Shown piece by piece: positions 26,717 to 35,810 of a stretch of 64,000 nucleotides of DNA. Below the pieces are notes generated by a model. The model saw nothing but the letters and a program-made list of their open reading frames with translations. It did no database searches and was not told where the DNA came from. This DNA is from Candidatus Rokuibacteriota bacterium. GTDB taxonomy: Bacteria > Methylomirabilota > Methylomirabilia > Rokubacteriales > CSP1-6. The stretch is from positions 561-64,560 of the forward strand of contig JACPCF010000019.1 in the NCBI GenBank assembly GCA_016179965.1, given 5' to 3'. Within the stretch, counting starts at the first letter, position 1. Each line of letters begins with the position of its first letter. A program made the position numbers and the translations under genes.

Positions 26717-28841
26717 GCTCGCCCCCCTGCTGGCCCTGGGCCTCAACCTGCTGCTGCTGGGGACGGCCCTCGCCCCGGACCGGAAGGGCCACCGCGAGAA
26801 GGTGTTCGCCTGCCTGGCGGGCGCGCTCGCCTGGTGGAACCTGGGCGTGTTCGGCCTGCGCATGAGCGACGACCCCGCCACGGCGCTCTTCTGGGAGCAG
26901 CTCCTCCACATCGGCGTGATCCCGCTCCCGGTCCTCTTCTACCACTACGTGCTCGTCTTCCTCGGCGAGCCCACCCGCGCGCGCGCGCTCCGGACGGGCT
27001 ACGTCCTGTGCGGCGGCTTTCTGGCCGTGAGCCCGAGCCCGCTCTTCATGTCGGGCGTCTCGGAGACCTACTGGGGCTACGCGCCGGCGGCCGGGCCCCT
27101 GTACCACCCCTTCTTCGTCTACTTCCAGGCCTACATGGTCCTCGGCCTCGCCCGCCTCCTCCGCCGCTACCGCGGCATGGAGTCGAGCTTCCGGAGAAAC
27201 CGGACGCTCCTCGTGATCTTCGGCGTGGTCGTGAGCCTCCTGGGCGGGGTGGTGGATTTCATCCGGTTCATCCTCGGCTGGGAGTGGCTCTACCCCCTCG
27301 GCATCCCGAGCAACGCGATCTTCGCCCTCGCCCTGGGCGTCGCGATCATCCGCTACCGGCTCATGGACATCGGCGTCCTGGTGAAGCGCGCGCTCCTCTA
27401 CCTCCTGACCTCCCTCGCCCTCGCGCCCGTCGTCTTCGTCGGGCTGTCCGTCGCGGATCGGCTCCTGCCCGGCCAGCACCTCGAGGGCAACCTGCGCTAC
27501 TCCATCATCCTGCTGGTGGCGCTGGCGATCGCCCTGCCCCTCCTCCGGAAGCTGGAGTACGGCCTGGATCGGCTGATGTTCCAGCATCGGCACGGCGTCC
27601 AGAACGCCCTCGTCACGCTCGGCAAGGAGCTGGCGTCCGTCCTGGACGTGAAGGTCCTCGGGCAGCGGCTCACGGAAAGCCTGGTAACCCGGATCCCGTT
27701 GACCCACGCCAGCCTCAAGCTCTACGACCCCGCCGCCGACGCCTTCGTCCGCGAGGCCTGGGCCAGCTCCGGCGCCATCGACGCGCCGGAGATCGCCATC
27801 CCCGCCAAGAGCGGGCTCGCCCTGTGGCTCCAGGCCACAGGGCGCACGCTGGTCCTCGAAGAGGCGGGCTTCCAGCCCCAGCTCGAGCCGGGCATCCTGG
27901 ACGCCGTCGCGGAGCTGGAGCGGCATCGCGCGTCCATGCTCATCCCGCTCCGCCTGGACGGCCAGCTGAGCGGGATCCTCGTCCTCGGCGAAAAGCTCTC
28001 GGGCGGGATCTTCGAACAGGAGGAGATCGAGCTCCTCGAGATGCTCATCGGCGAGACCGCCGTCGCCCTCCGGAACGCGCGCCTCTACGAGGAGCTGCGG
28101 AATCAGGTGGACGAGCTCCAGCGCACCCAGCAGCAGCTGGTCCAGTCGGCCAAGCTGGCCGCCATCGGCGAGCTGGCCGCCAACGTGGCGCACGAGATCA
28201 ACAGCCCCCTGACGAGCATCCTGGGCTACGCCGGCCTCCTGCTGAACCAGACGCCCCCCGACGCCCCGGCGCACGGCAAGCTGTCCGTCATCGAAAACGA
28301 AACCAACCGCGCGCGCAAGATCATCCAGGACCTGCTCCACTTCGCGCGGCGGCGGAAGCCCAAGCGCGAGCCGGTGAGCCTCCACGACCTCGTGGAGCGC
28401 TCGCTGGCGCTCCTCCGCGGCAAGCTCGCCGACCAGGGCATCGAGGTCGAGACCATCTTCGACTCGTCACTCCCGCCGATCTGGGCCGACGGCGACCAGC
28501 TCACCCAGGTCTTCATGAACCTGGTCGCCAACGCGGCGGACGCGATGCCCCAGGGCGGCCGGCTGGTGGTGGGCACCGAGGCGCGGAACGGCGGCGACCC
28601 GCACGTGGCCATCAGCTTCCAGGACACGGGCCTGGGGATGCGCCGGGATCAGGTCGCGCGGATCTTCGAGCCGTTCTACACGACCAAGCCGGAGGGGCAG
28701 GGCACCGGGCTCGGGCTGTCCGTCAGCCTGGGCATCGTGAAGAACCACGGTGGCCGCATCGAAGTGGAGAGCGAGTCCGGCAAGGGCACCACCATGATCG
28801 TGCTGCTGCCGCTCACCTGGAAACCGCTCGACGCATCGTAG
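26703..28841 (+). CDS. sensor histidine kinase: N-terminal multi-TM sensor, GAF, HisKA, HATPase_c
   Basis: H-box AHEINSPL, N/G-boxes, about 7 predicted TM helices; no response regulator adjacent. Confidence 0.8.
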   Translation: MIFHKLAPLLALGLNLLLLGTALAPDRKGHREKVFACLAGALAWWNLGVFGLRMSDDPATALFWEQLLHIGVIPLPVLFYHYVLVFLGEPTRARALRTGYVLCGGFLAVSPSPLFMSGVSETYWGYAPAAGPLYHPFFVYFQAYMVLGLARLLRRYRGMESSFRRNRTLLVIFGVVVSLLGGVVDFIRFILGWEWLYPLGIPSNAIFALALGVAIIRYRLMDIGVLVKRALLYLLTSLALAPVVFVGLSVADRLLPGQHLEGNLRYSIILLVALAIALPLLRKLEYGLDRLMFQHRHGVQNALVTLGKELASVLDVKVLGQRLTESLVTRIPLTHASLKLYDPAADAFVREAWASSGAIDAPEIAIPAKSGLALWLQATGRTLVLEEAGFQPQLEPGILDAVAELERHRASMLIPLRLDGQLSGILVLGEKLSGGIFEQEEIELLEMLIGETAVALRNARLYEELRNQVDELQRTQQQLVQSAKLAAIGELAANVAHEINSPLTSILGYAGLLLNQTPPDAPAHGKLSVIENETNRARKIIQDLLHFARRRKPKREPVSLHDLVERSLALLRGKLADQGIEVETIFDSSLPPIWADGDQLTQVFMNLVANAADAMPQGGRLVVGTEARNGGDPHVAISFQDTGLGMRRDQVARIFEPFYTTKPEGQGTGLGLSVSLGIVKNHGGRIEVESESGKGTTMIVLLPLTWKPLDAS

Positions 28842-28924
28842 TTCCCCCTTGTCACTCTGGCCAGGGGCTGCCGTCCTGTCACCGGGGCAGGAGGAAATGC
28901 GCCAAATTCTCACGTACTTACCCC

Positions 28925-28940
28925 TGGCACGTCTGGTGCA
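28925..28940 (+). promoter_or_regulatory. candidate sigma-54 promoter (TGGCAC-N5-GTGCA)
   Basis: one mismatch to the -24/-12 consensus; 48 nt upstream of the DUF4124 gene start. Confidence 0.35.
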
Positions 28941-28988
28941 AACTCCGGGGGTTGCATGGCCAGGACGGCCGTGGGAAGGAGGCGTTCC

Positions 28989-30650
28989 ATGAAACTCCGG
29001 TCAACGCTGGCAGTCGCCCTTGTTTCCCTGGTGTCTCTGGGCGGCGTCGCCGAAGCCCAGTACCGTTGGGTGGACGCCCAGGGCCGGGTGCACTATTCGA
29101 ACGTCCGCCCCGTCGCCCCTGCCCCCCCGGAGGCTCCCGAACCCGCCAAACGCCCCGGCGATCCCAAAGCGCTCATCGAGGAAGTGCTGGACCTGTCCGG
29201 GACGAAAAAGCAGATTTACCAGTTCCCGGCCGTGGTCCAGGGCCAACTCTCCGAGCGCCGGGACGAGATGCGGCCGGTGGATTACGAGCAGGCCAGCCAG
29301 GTGGTCGCGGAATCCTATCGGCCCGAGGCGCTCTACCAGGCGGTCGTCGAGACGTTCAAGCATCGCTACGACGAGCAGCGCCTGCTGGCCGTCGCCCAAA
29401 CGCTGCGCACCCCGTTGTTCAAGCGGATCACTCAACTGGAAACCCAGTCGTTGACCCCGGAGGCGGGGGAGGGCATCCGCGCGTTCGGGGCCCGGCTGCG
29501 CCAGGAGCCGCCGCCGCCGGCGCGCCTTGCCCTGCTGCGACGGCTGGACGAGGCGGCCGGCGTGACCGAGGGGAACCTGGACATCATGGTCGCCACCGTC
29601 CGCGCGATCGCGACGGCCGTCGAGCCGATGCTCCCGCCCGCTCGGCGAGCCAAGCCGGGACAACTGGAGCAGATGCTGATCCAGCTGAAAGCCCAGGCGA
29701 GGCCGTACGTCAAGAACGACATGCTGGTCACCATGCTCTATGCGTACCAGCCCCTGACGGACGGCGAGCTGCGGGAGTACGTGGCGTTTTACGAGTCGGA
29801 CACCGGCCGATGGTACACGCGCGTCGCCCGGGAGGGAGCCTTGACCGCCCTGACAGCCGCCGCCGACGAGTTCGGCCGCCGGATCGGAAAACGCGCCGCG
29901 GCGACACCCGCGGCCCAGCCCGCCCCCGCCGAGCCAAAGGGGAGCCCATCGGCCCCATCGACCGTCATGCAGAAGAACTGGGCCCTAGCCGCCTCCGCCC
30001 TGCTGACGGAGCGAAACGGCCAGCGCCACGACCTCCTCGGCGGGAGCGAGCGAACCGACGCCAACGTGAAGAACTGGAAGCAGATCATGCGCGATTGGTG
30101 GGGAATCAACAGCCGGGCGGATCTGTTCATGGTGCTGAAGTGGCTCGATGAGGGCGGGCACCGGCAGGATTTCGAGCAGCTGGGCGAGTTCTCCCGCTCG
30201 CTGAGCGCCGCCCAGCACAAAGAGCTTCGCCGGCGGCTCCAGTTCAGCGACAACGAAGTGGGCCTCCACCAGCTGGCGATGGTGGACACGTACTCCGAGA
30301 AGCTGGGCAAGAAGAGCCTGCTGGCCTGGGACTACGCCCGCTACATCTCGCTCTGCCGGTGGGGGTATCTCGTCGGGTACCTGAGCGAGGAGGAGGCCTG
30401 GGAGCGGATGCTCCCCGCGGCCCGCACGCTCCAGAGCGCCTTCGACTCGTGGAAGGACCTCGGGGAAAACTACCTGATCGGCCGGGAGTTCTGGTCCCTC
30501 GAGCGGACCCAGAAAGACGGCCACCTCTACCGGACCGCCTTCCAGAAGCTGCTCGCCGATCCCGCGAGCCCGTGGAACCGCTACTCGTGGGAGACGAGCC
30601 TGGACCCCACCGCTCCCGCCAAGACCGTCAAGGCCTCCCGGCCGCGCTAG
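28989..30650 (+). CDS. secreted protein with N-terminal DUF4124-like and C-terminal DUF1266-like regions
   Basis: signal peptide; YRWVDAQGRVHYSN; C-terminal WDYARYISLCRWGYLVGYLSEEEAWE. Confidence 0.5.
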   Translation: MKLRSTLAVALVSLVSLGGVAEAQYRWVDAQGRVHYSNVRPVAPAPPEAPEPAKRPGDPKALIEEVLDLSGTKKQIYQFPAVVQGQLSERRDEMRPVDYEQASQVVAESYRPEALYQAVVETFKHRYDEQRLLAVAQTLRTPLFKRITQLETQSLTPEAGEGIRAFGARLRQEPPPPARLALLRRLDEAAGVTEGNLDIMVATVRAIATAVEPMLPPARRAKPGQLEQMLIQLKAQARPYVKNDMLVTMLYAYQPLTDGELREYVAFYESDTGRWYTRVAREGALTALTAAADEFGRRIGKRAAATPAAQPAPAEPKGSPSAPSTVMQKNWALAASALLTERNGQRHDLLGGSERTDANVKNWKQIMRDWWGINSRADLFMVLKWLDEGGHRQDFEQLGEFSRSLSAAQHKELRRRLQFSDNEVGLHQLAMVDTYSEKLGKKSLLAWDYARYISLCRWGYLVGYLSEEEAWERMLPAARTLQSAFDSWKDLGENYLIGREFWSLERTQKDGHLYRTAFQKLLADPASPWNRYSWETSLDPTAPAKTVKASRPR

Positions 30651-30794
30651 GCCCCTTTCACTTACTCCGCCCCCCCCCGCCCGGCGCACGCCGCGGCCCC
30701 CTTTCACTTGTGAGTGAGTTGTTGTAAGGTGGGGGCGGTCTTCTCGTGCCTGAACCCCACGACACTGCCCGGACGACCAAGGGAGGGTAAGAGG

Positions 30795-32309
30795 ATGAAG
30801 CGCTGGCGGCTGTTTCTGGTTCTCTTCCTCGCGACGCTACTGATCCCCCTCGGGGCGGCGGCCCAGAAGGACACCCTCGTCGTGGCGCTCGTCTCACACG
30901 CGCCGACTATCGACCCCCACTTCCACTTCGAGCGGGTGGGGATCCTGGTCAACATCAACATGTTCGACTCGCTGCTGCACAAGAACAAGCGGCTCGAGTA
31001 CGAGCCCTCGCTCGCCACCTCCTGGAAGGCGCTCAACGACACCACCTGGGAGTTCAAGCTCCGCAAGGGCGTGAAGTTCCACAACGGCGAGGTGATGACG
31101 GCGGAGGACGTGAAGTTCTCCTTCGACCGGGTCCTGGACCCCGCCAAGAAGTCACCCCAGTATGGGAACATCCGGGCCATCAAGGAGGTCAGGATCGTGG
31201 ACCCGGAGACGATCCACCTCATCACCGACAGGCCGTTCCCGCTCCTCCTCGAGCGGATGGTCTTCTTCCCCATCGTCCCCAAGAAGCACGTCGAGAAGGT
31301 CGGTGATCAGGTATTCGGGATCTCCCAGCCCGTCGGAACCGGGCCGTGGAAGTTCGTCGAGTGGAAGCGCGACCAGCACATCAAGCTGGAGGCCTTCGAC
31401 GGGCACTGGCGGGGCCGGCCGGCGTTCAAGCACCTGATCATCCGCGCCGTTCCAGAGGTATCCACCCAGGTGGCGGAGCTCAAGACCGGAGGAGTGGACC
31501 TCATCCGGAACGTCTCGTCCGACCTCGTCCCCGACCTGAAGGCACACCCCCAGACCTACGTGAGCACCGCCCCGATCCTCCGGACCCACTACATCGAGTT
31601 CGATATGCGGCACCCGCCGTTCGACAAGAAGCTGGTTCGCCAGGCCGCCAACTACGCCGTGGACAAGCAGACGATCATTCAGAAACTCATGGCCGGGCTC
31701 GGGCGTCAGGTGGCGACGACCGTCCACCCCGCCGCCTTCGGTCATGACCCGTCCGTGACGCCGTACCCGTACGACCCGAAGAAGGCCAGGGAGCTCCTCG
31801 CCCAGGCCGGCTACCCCAACGGCGTGGACGTGACGATCCACAGCGCCTTCGTCGAGTTCCGCCCGGTCTTCGAAGCCATCTGCCAAATGCTCACCGAGGT
31901 GGGCATCCGCGCCACACCCAAGCCCTGGGACCCGGGTCCGGCGTATAACAAGTTCCTCCAGGGAGAAGGGAAGGCCACCCACGGCTACTACGGCAGCTGG
32001 GGCTACTACTCGGTCTTCGACGCCGACGCCATCCTCCACCCCCTCTACCACACCGAGCCGGGCGGCTGGATCGGCAAGTGGTACACGCGGATCGAGGGGC
32101 TGGACGGGATGATCGACGAGGCCCGCTCCACCGTAGACCAGGCCAAGCGCAAGCGGATCTACGCCCAGATTCAGCGCTATATCAAGGAGGAGGCGCCCAA
32201 CATCTTCCTCTTCCACCAGTTCGACACGCTCGGCGTCTCCAAGAAGGTGGAGTACGAGGCCCGCGGCGACGAGTGGCTCTGGCTCTTCGACGCCAAGCCC
32301 AAGAGGTAA
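30795..32309 (+). CDS. ABC transporter substrate-binding protein, family 5 (peptide/nickel, DppA/OppA-like)
   Basis: signal peptide; GGGAGGG Shine-Dalgarno upstream. Confidence 0.8.
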   Translation: MKRWRLFLVLFLATLLIPLGAAAQKDTLVVALVSHAPTIDPHFHFERVGILVNINMFDSLLHKNKRLEYEPSLATSWKALNDTTWEFKLRKGVKFHNGEVMTAEDVKFSFDRVLDPAKKSPQYGNIRAIKEVRIVDPETIHLITDRPFPLLLERMVFFPIVPKKHVEKVGDQVFGISQPVGTGPWKFVEWKRDQHIKLEAFDGHWRGRPAFKHLIIRAVPEVSTQVAELKTGGVDLIRNVSSDLVPDLKAHPQTYVSTAPILRTHYIEFDMRHPPFDKKLVRQAANYAVDKQTIIQKLMAGLGRQVATTVHPAAFGHDPSVTPYPYDPKKARELLAQAGYPNGVDVTIHSAFVEFRPVFEAICQMLTEVGIRATPKPWDPGPAYNKFLQGEGKATHGYYGSWGYYSVFDADAILHPLYHTEPGGWIGKWYTRIEGLDGMIDEARSTVDQAKRKRIYAQIQRYIKEEAPNIFLFHQFDTLGVSKKVEYEARGDEWLWLFDAKPKR

Positions 32310-32345
32310 AGGGAGCAGTCTCGCGGGCCTGAGCAGGAAGGGAGG

Positions 32346-33260
32346 ATGACCACTCTCCTCCTTCGCCGCGCCATCCGCGTCCTGGTCGTCTGCGTCGGGG
32401 TCTCCCTCATCACGTTCGGGATCCTTCAGCTGAGCGGAGACCCCGTCGCCCTCATGATGCCCGAGGCGCCGGAGGCCGACCGCGCGAAGCTGCGCGAGGC
32501 GATGGGGTTCAACGACCCGGTGGCGCTTCAGTTCGTTCGGTTCGTCGGCAACTCGATCCGCGGCGAATTCGGCAAGTCGTTCTACTACCGGGCTCCCGCG
32601 CTGGATCTGGTGCTGGAGCGGATGCCCACGACGCTGACCCTCACCGTCCTCGCCCTGGGGCTCGCCGTGCTGGTCTCTATCCCGGCGGGGATCTACAGCG
32701 CCGTCTATCGCTACTCCCTGCTGGATCAGATCGTCACGGTGGTCGTCTTCCTCGGCCAATCCATGCCGGTCTTCTGGACGGGGATCATGCTAATGCTCCT
32801 CTTCGCCGTCCAGTGGCGGCTCCTGCCGGTCTCGGGATGGGAGGGGTGGCAGTTCATGATCCTGCCGGCCGTGACGCTGGGAACCTTCCAGGCCCCGCTC
32901 CTCCTCAGGATCGTCCGCTCCAGCATGCTGGAGGTGCTGGGGCTCGACTACGTGAGGACCGCCCGGTCCAAGGGTGTCTCCGAGTGGATCGTCATCTGCC
33001 GCCACGCCTTGGTCAACGCCGCCCTCCCTGTCGTCACCGTCACGGGGCTCCAGTTCGGGATCCTGCTGGGCGGGGCCGTCATCACCGAGACCGTCTTCGC
33101 CGTCCCCGGCGTCGGGCGGCTGATCGTCCGGGCGATCCTGCAGCTCGACTTCCCCGTGGTCCAGGCCGGCGTCTTCCTCCTGGCCATGATCGTGGTCACG
33201 GTGAACTTCGTCGTGGACGTGCTGTATGCCTACCTGAACCCCCAGATCCGCGTGCGCTAA
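32346..33260 (+). CDS. ABC transporter permease (DppB-like)
   Basis: 304 aa, multiple TM helices, EAA-loop region. Confidence 0.8.
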   Translation: MTTLLLRRAIRVLVVCVGVSLITFGILQLSGDPVALMMPEAPEADRAKLREAMGFNDPVALQFVRFVGNSIRGEFGKSFYYRAPALDLVLERMPTTLTLTVLALGLAVLVSIPAGIYSAVYRYSLLDQIVTVVVFLGQSMPVFWTGIMLMLLFAVQWRLLPVSGWEGWQFMILPAVTLGTFQAPLLLRIVRSSMLEVLGLDYVRTARSKGVSEWIVICRHALVNAALPVVTVTGLQFGILLGGAVITETVFAVPGVGRLIVRAILQLDFPVVQAGVFLLAMIVVTVNFVVDVLYAYLNPQIRVR

Positions 33261-33262
33261 GA

Positions 33263-34171
33263 ATGGACGCCCAGACTCTCGCGCAGCCGGCTCCGGCGAC
33301 CGTGGAGGTCGGACGGGCCGCCGCGAGGTCGCGCGTCTACCGGAAGCTCGTCCGTCACCCGATGACGATCGTCGGGGGGCTCATCCTGCTCGTCGTCTTC
33401 GGGTCGGCCGTCCTCGCCCCCCTGGTGGCTCCCCACGATCCGGCCAAGCAGAGCCTGATCCGCCGCTTCACGCCGCCCTACTGGGCCAAGGGCGGCGACG
33501 TCCGCTTTGCCCTCGGGACCGATCAGGTCGGCCGCGACATCCTGAGCCGGATTCTCCACGGGGCGCGCATCTCGCTCCTGGTCGGCGTGTGCGCTGTTAC
33601 CGTGAGCCTCGTGGTCGGCGTCACGCTGGGGCTCTTCAGCGGCTTCCTCGGCGGGTGGGTGGACACGGTCGTGATGACCGTGGTGGATGTGACCCTCTCC
33701 TTCCCCCAGCTCCTGCTCGCGCTGGCGTTCGTGGCCGTGCTGGGGCCCGGGCTCGGGAACATCATCTTGGTGCTGGGGCTGACGGGCTGGGAGCGCTACG
33801 CCCGGGTTGTCCGGGCAGAAGTCCTGGCGCTCCGCGAGAAGGATTTCGTCGAGGCCGCGCGGGCGGTCGGGGCGGGCCCCCTTCGGATGCTCTCGCGTCA
33901 CCTCCTCCCCAACACCTTCTCGTCCATCATCGTGCTGTCAACGCTCCAGGTCGCCCAGGCGATCCTTCAGGAGGCCGCGCTCTCGTTCCTGGGACTGGGC
34001 ACGGGCTCGGCCTACCCGACCTGGGGGCAGATGATCGCGCTCGGGCGGGATTTCGTGACCGTCGCCTGGTGGCTGCCGACCTTCCCCGGGCTGGCGATCC
34101 TCCTCACCGTGCTCGCCATCAACCTGGTCGGCGACCGGCTCCGCGACGCCCTCGACCCACGCGCGACCTGA
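33263..34171 (+). CDS. ABC transporter permease (DppC-like)
   Basis: 302 aa membrane protein directly after the DppB-like gene; no ATPase genes follow. Confidence 0.8.
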   Translation: MDAQTLAQPAPATVEVGRAAARSRVYRKLVRHPMTIVGGLILLVVFGSAVLAPLVAPHDPAKQSLIRRFTPPYWAKGGDVRFALGTDQVGRDILSRILHGARISLLVGVCAVTVSLVVGVTLGLFSGFLGGWVDTVVMTVVDVTLSFPQLLLALAFVAVLGPGLGNIILVLGLTGWERYARVVRAEVLALREKDFVEAARAVGAGPLRMLSRHLLPNTFSSIIVLSTLQVAQAILQEAALSFLGLGTGSAYPTWGQMIALGRDFVTVAWWLPTFPGLAILLTVLAINLVGDRLRDALDPRAT

Positions 34172-34177
34172 GACCGG

Positions 34178-34210
34178 ATCGCGGAAGGGGGGCGCTAGCC
34201 CCCCTCCGAG
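34178..34210 (+). repeat. repeat family 1, copy E (terminal hairpin module only: GGAAGGGGGGCGCTAGCCCCCCTCCGAGG)
   Basis: matches the 3' module of copy A. Confidence 0.55.
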
Positions 34211-35571
34211 GAGGCGGCGATCTCGAAGAGCGCCACCGCCGTGCTCCGGATGCCGTTGACGAATCCCTCGAGCGTGATGCTCTCGTTGGGGGCGTGGTTC
34301 GCCTCGTCGTGAGGCGCGTAGGGAACCCAGATGCTGGGCAGTCCCAGGACCTGGGTAAAGAGGTAATCGGGGATCGTGCCCCCGAGGTTGGGGACGATGA
34401 CGGGCCGGCGCCCCCAGGCCTGCTCGACCGCGCGGACCACGGCCTTGCCGAGCGGATGGTCCACCGGGGTGCGCGACGGCGGGACCGCCCCGAGCCGCTT
34501 CACCTCGACGTCACCGAAGCCCCGGCGCTTGAGGTGGGCGCGGATCTTCTCCTCGATCTCGTCGGGATCCTGATCCATCACGAGGCGCGCGTCCAGCTTG
34601 GCGCGCGCGACGTTGGGAATGATCGTCTTCATCCCCGGCCCCTGGTAGCCGGACGTCAGCCCAGCGACGTTGAGGTTGGGCTGGAGGAGGAGCTGCCGGT
34701 AGTACGCGCGGCCACGCTCGCCGGTAACGGGAAGACAGCCGAGGTCCTCCCGGACGCTCTGCGCCGCGAAGGGGATCGTCCGGAGGGTGCGCCGGTCGGC
34801 AGGCGACGGCTTCCTCACCCGATCGTAAAACCCGCTGACTAGGACTTTCCCGCGACCCGACCAAAGCGATGCGACCGCCTGGCAGAGCCGCGCTGCCGGC
34901 GCCGGAGCGACGCCGCCATAGTTCCCCGAGTGGAGGTCCCGTTTCGCGCCGTGGGCGGTCAGCTCCAGGTAGAGGATCCCCCGGCACCCGAAGTACACCA
35001 TGGGCCCCGAGGGGTGCATGGGGCCGTCGGAGGAGTAGACCAGGGCGGCCGCGAGGAGCTTCCGGTGGGCCGAGAGGAAGGCGGGGAAGTTCCGGCTCGC
35101 GATCTCCTCCTCCCCCTCGAAGCAGAGCTTCACGTTGACCGGCAGCCGCCCCCGCGTCCGGAGCACCGCCTCGACGGCTTTCAGGTGGGCGAACATCTGG
35201 CCCTTGTTATCACCCGCCCCCCGGGCGTAGATCCGTCCGTTCCGGATGGACGGCTCGAAGGGCGGAGTCTCCCAGGCCTCCAGGGGCTCGGGAGGCTGGA
35301 CGTCGTAGTGGCCGTAGATCAGGACGGTCCGCTTGGCCCCCGACGCTCGCGCCTCGCCATAGACGACCGGGAACCCCGGGGTGGGGATGAGCCGCGCCTC
35401 GGCCCCCGCCTCGCTCATCAGGCGACGGACCAGTTCGGCGCACTCGGTGACGCCGACGTTCTGCGCGGAGACGGACGGCTGGCGGATGAGGGCGCAGAGC
35501 TCCTCCACGAAGCGCCCCCGATGAGTGTCGATGTACTCGAAGACGTCGTTCAGGACGAGGAATTCCCGATG
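34195..35571 (-). CDS. M20 family metallopeptidase (dipeptidase-like); start codon uncertain
   Basis: GHYDVQPP, GAGDNKG, CFEGEEE motifs. No canonical start near the expected N-terminus; C-terminal SEGG residues come from repeat copy E. Confidence 0.7.
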   Translation of the reverse strand, partial: HREFLVLNDVFEYIDTHRGRFVEELCALIRQPSVSAQNVGVTECAELVRRLMSEAGAEARLIPTPGFPVVYGEARASGAKRTVLIYGHYDVQPPEPLEAWETPPFEPSIRNGRIYARGAGDNKGQMFAHLKAVEAVLRTRGRLPVNVKLCFEGEEEIASRNFPAFLSAHRKLLAAALVYSSDGPMHPSGPMVYFGCRGILYLELTAHGAKRDLHSGNYGGVAPAPAARLCQAVASLWSGRGKVLVSGFYDRVRKPSPADRRTLRTIPFAAQSVREDLGCLPVTGERGRAYYRQLLLQPNLNVAGLTSGYQGPGMKTIIPNVARAKLDARLVMDQDPDEIEEKIRAHLKRRGFGDVEVKRLGAVPPSRTPVDHPLGKAVVRAVEQAWGRRPVIVPNLGGTIPDYLFTQVLGLPSIWVPYAPHDEANHAPNESITLEGFVNGIRSTAVALFEIAASSEGG

Positions 35572-35789
35572 ATCGCGAACCCCGTCTGGCGGATTTCCGC
35601 CTCGATTTCCTTCTGGGTCCGGCGGTCCACTCGACGCCGCCCCGGCTCGTTGGCTTCGGCGCGCCGCCGACGCTCCGCCTGCCGCCGATCCAGCATCACC
35701 CGGACGGTCGGAATCCCCGAAAACCACCCTCTCAGGTAGTCGCAGAGGTCGGGCTTATCTTGGGCGACGACGAAGAGGTACTGGGCCAT
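35550..35789 (-). CDS. small hypothetical protein (79 aa, basic C-terminus)
   Basis: strong GGAGGAGG Shine-Dalgarno; its stop abuts the M20 N-terminal region in another frame. Confidence 0.5.
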   Translation of the reverse strand: MAQYLFVVAQDKPDLCDYLRGWFSGIPTVRVMLDRRQAERRRRAEANEPGRRRVDRRTQKEIEAEIRQTGFAIIGNSSS

Positions 35790-35810
35790 GGATCCTCCTC
35801 CGCTCTCAGA

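Noticed and set aside
26834-30151. 1105-aa plus-strand ORF and the 614-aa minus-strand ORF 26541..28385
   Set aside because: Alternate-frame and antisense artefacts over the histidine kinase and DUF4124 genes; RGPA-rich composition; the real genes have recognisable domains in other frames.
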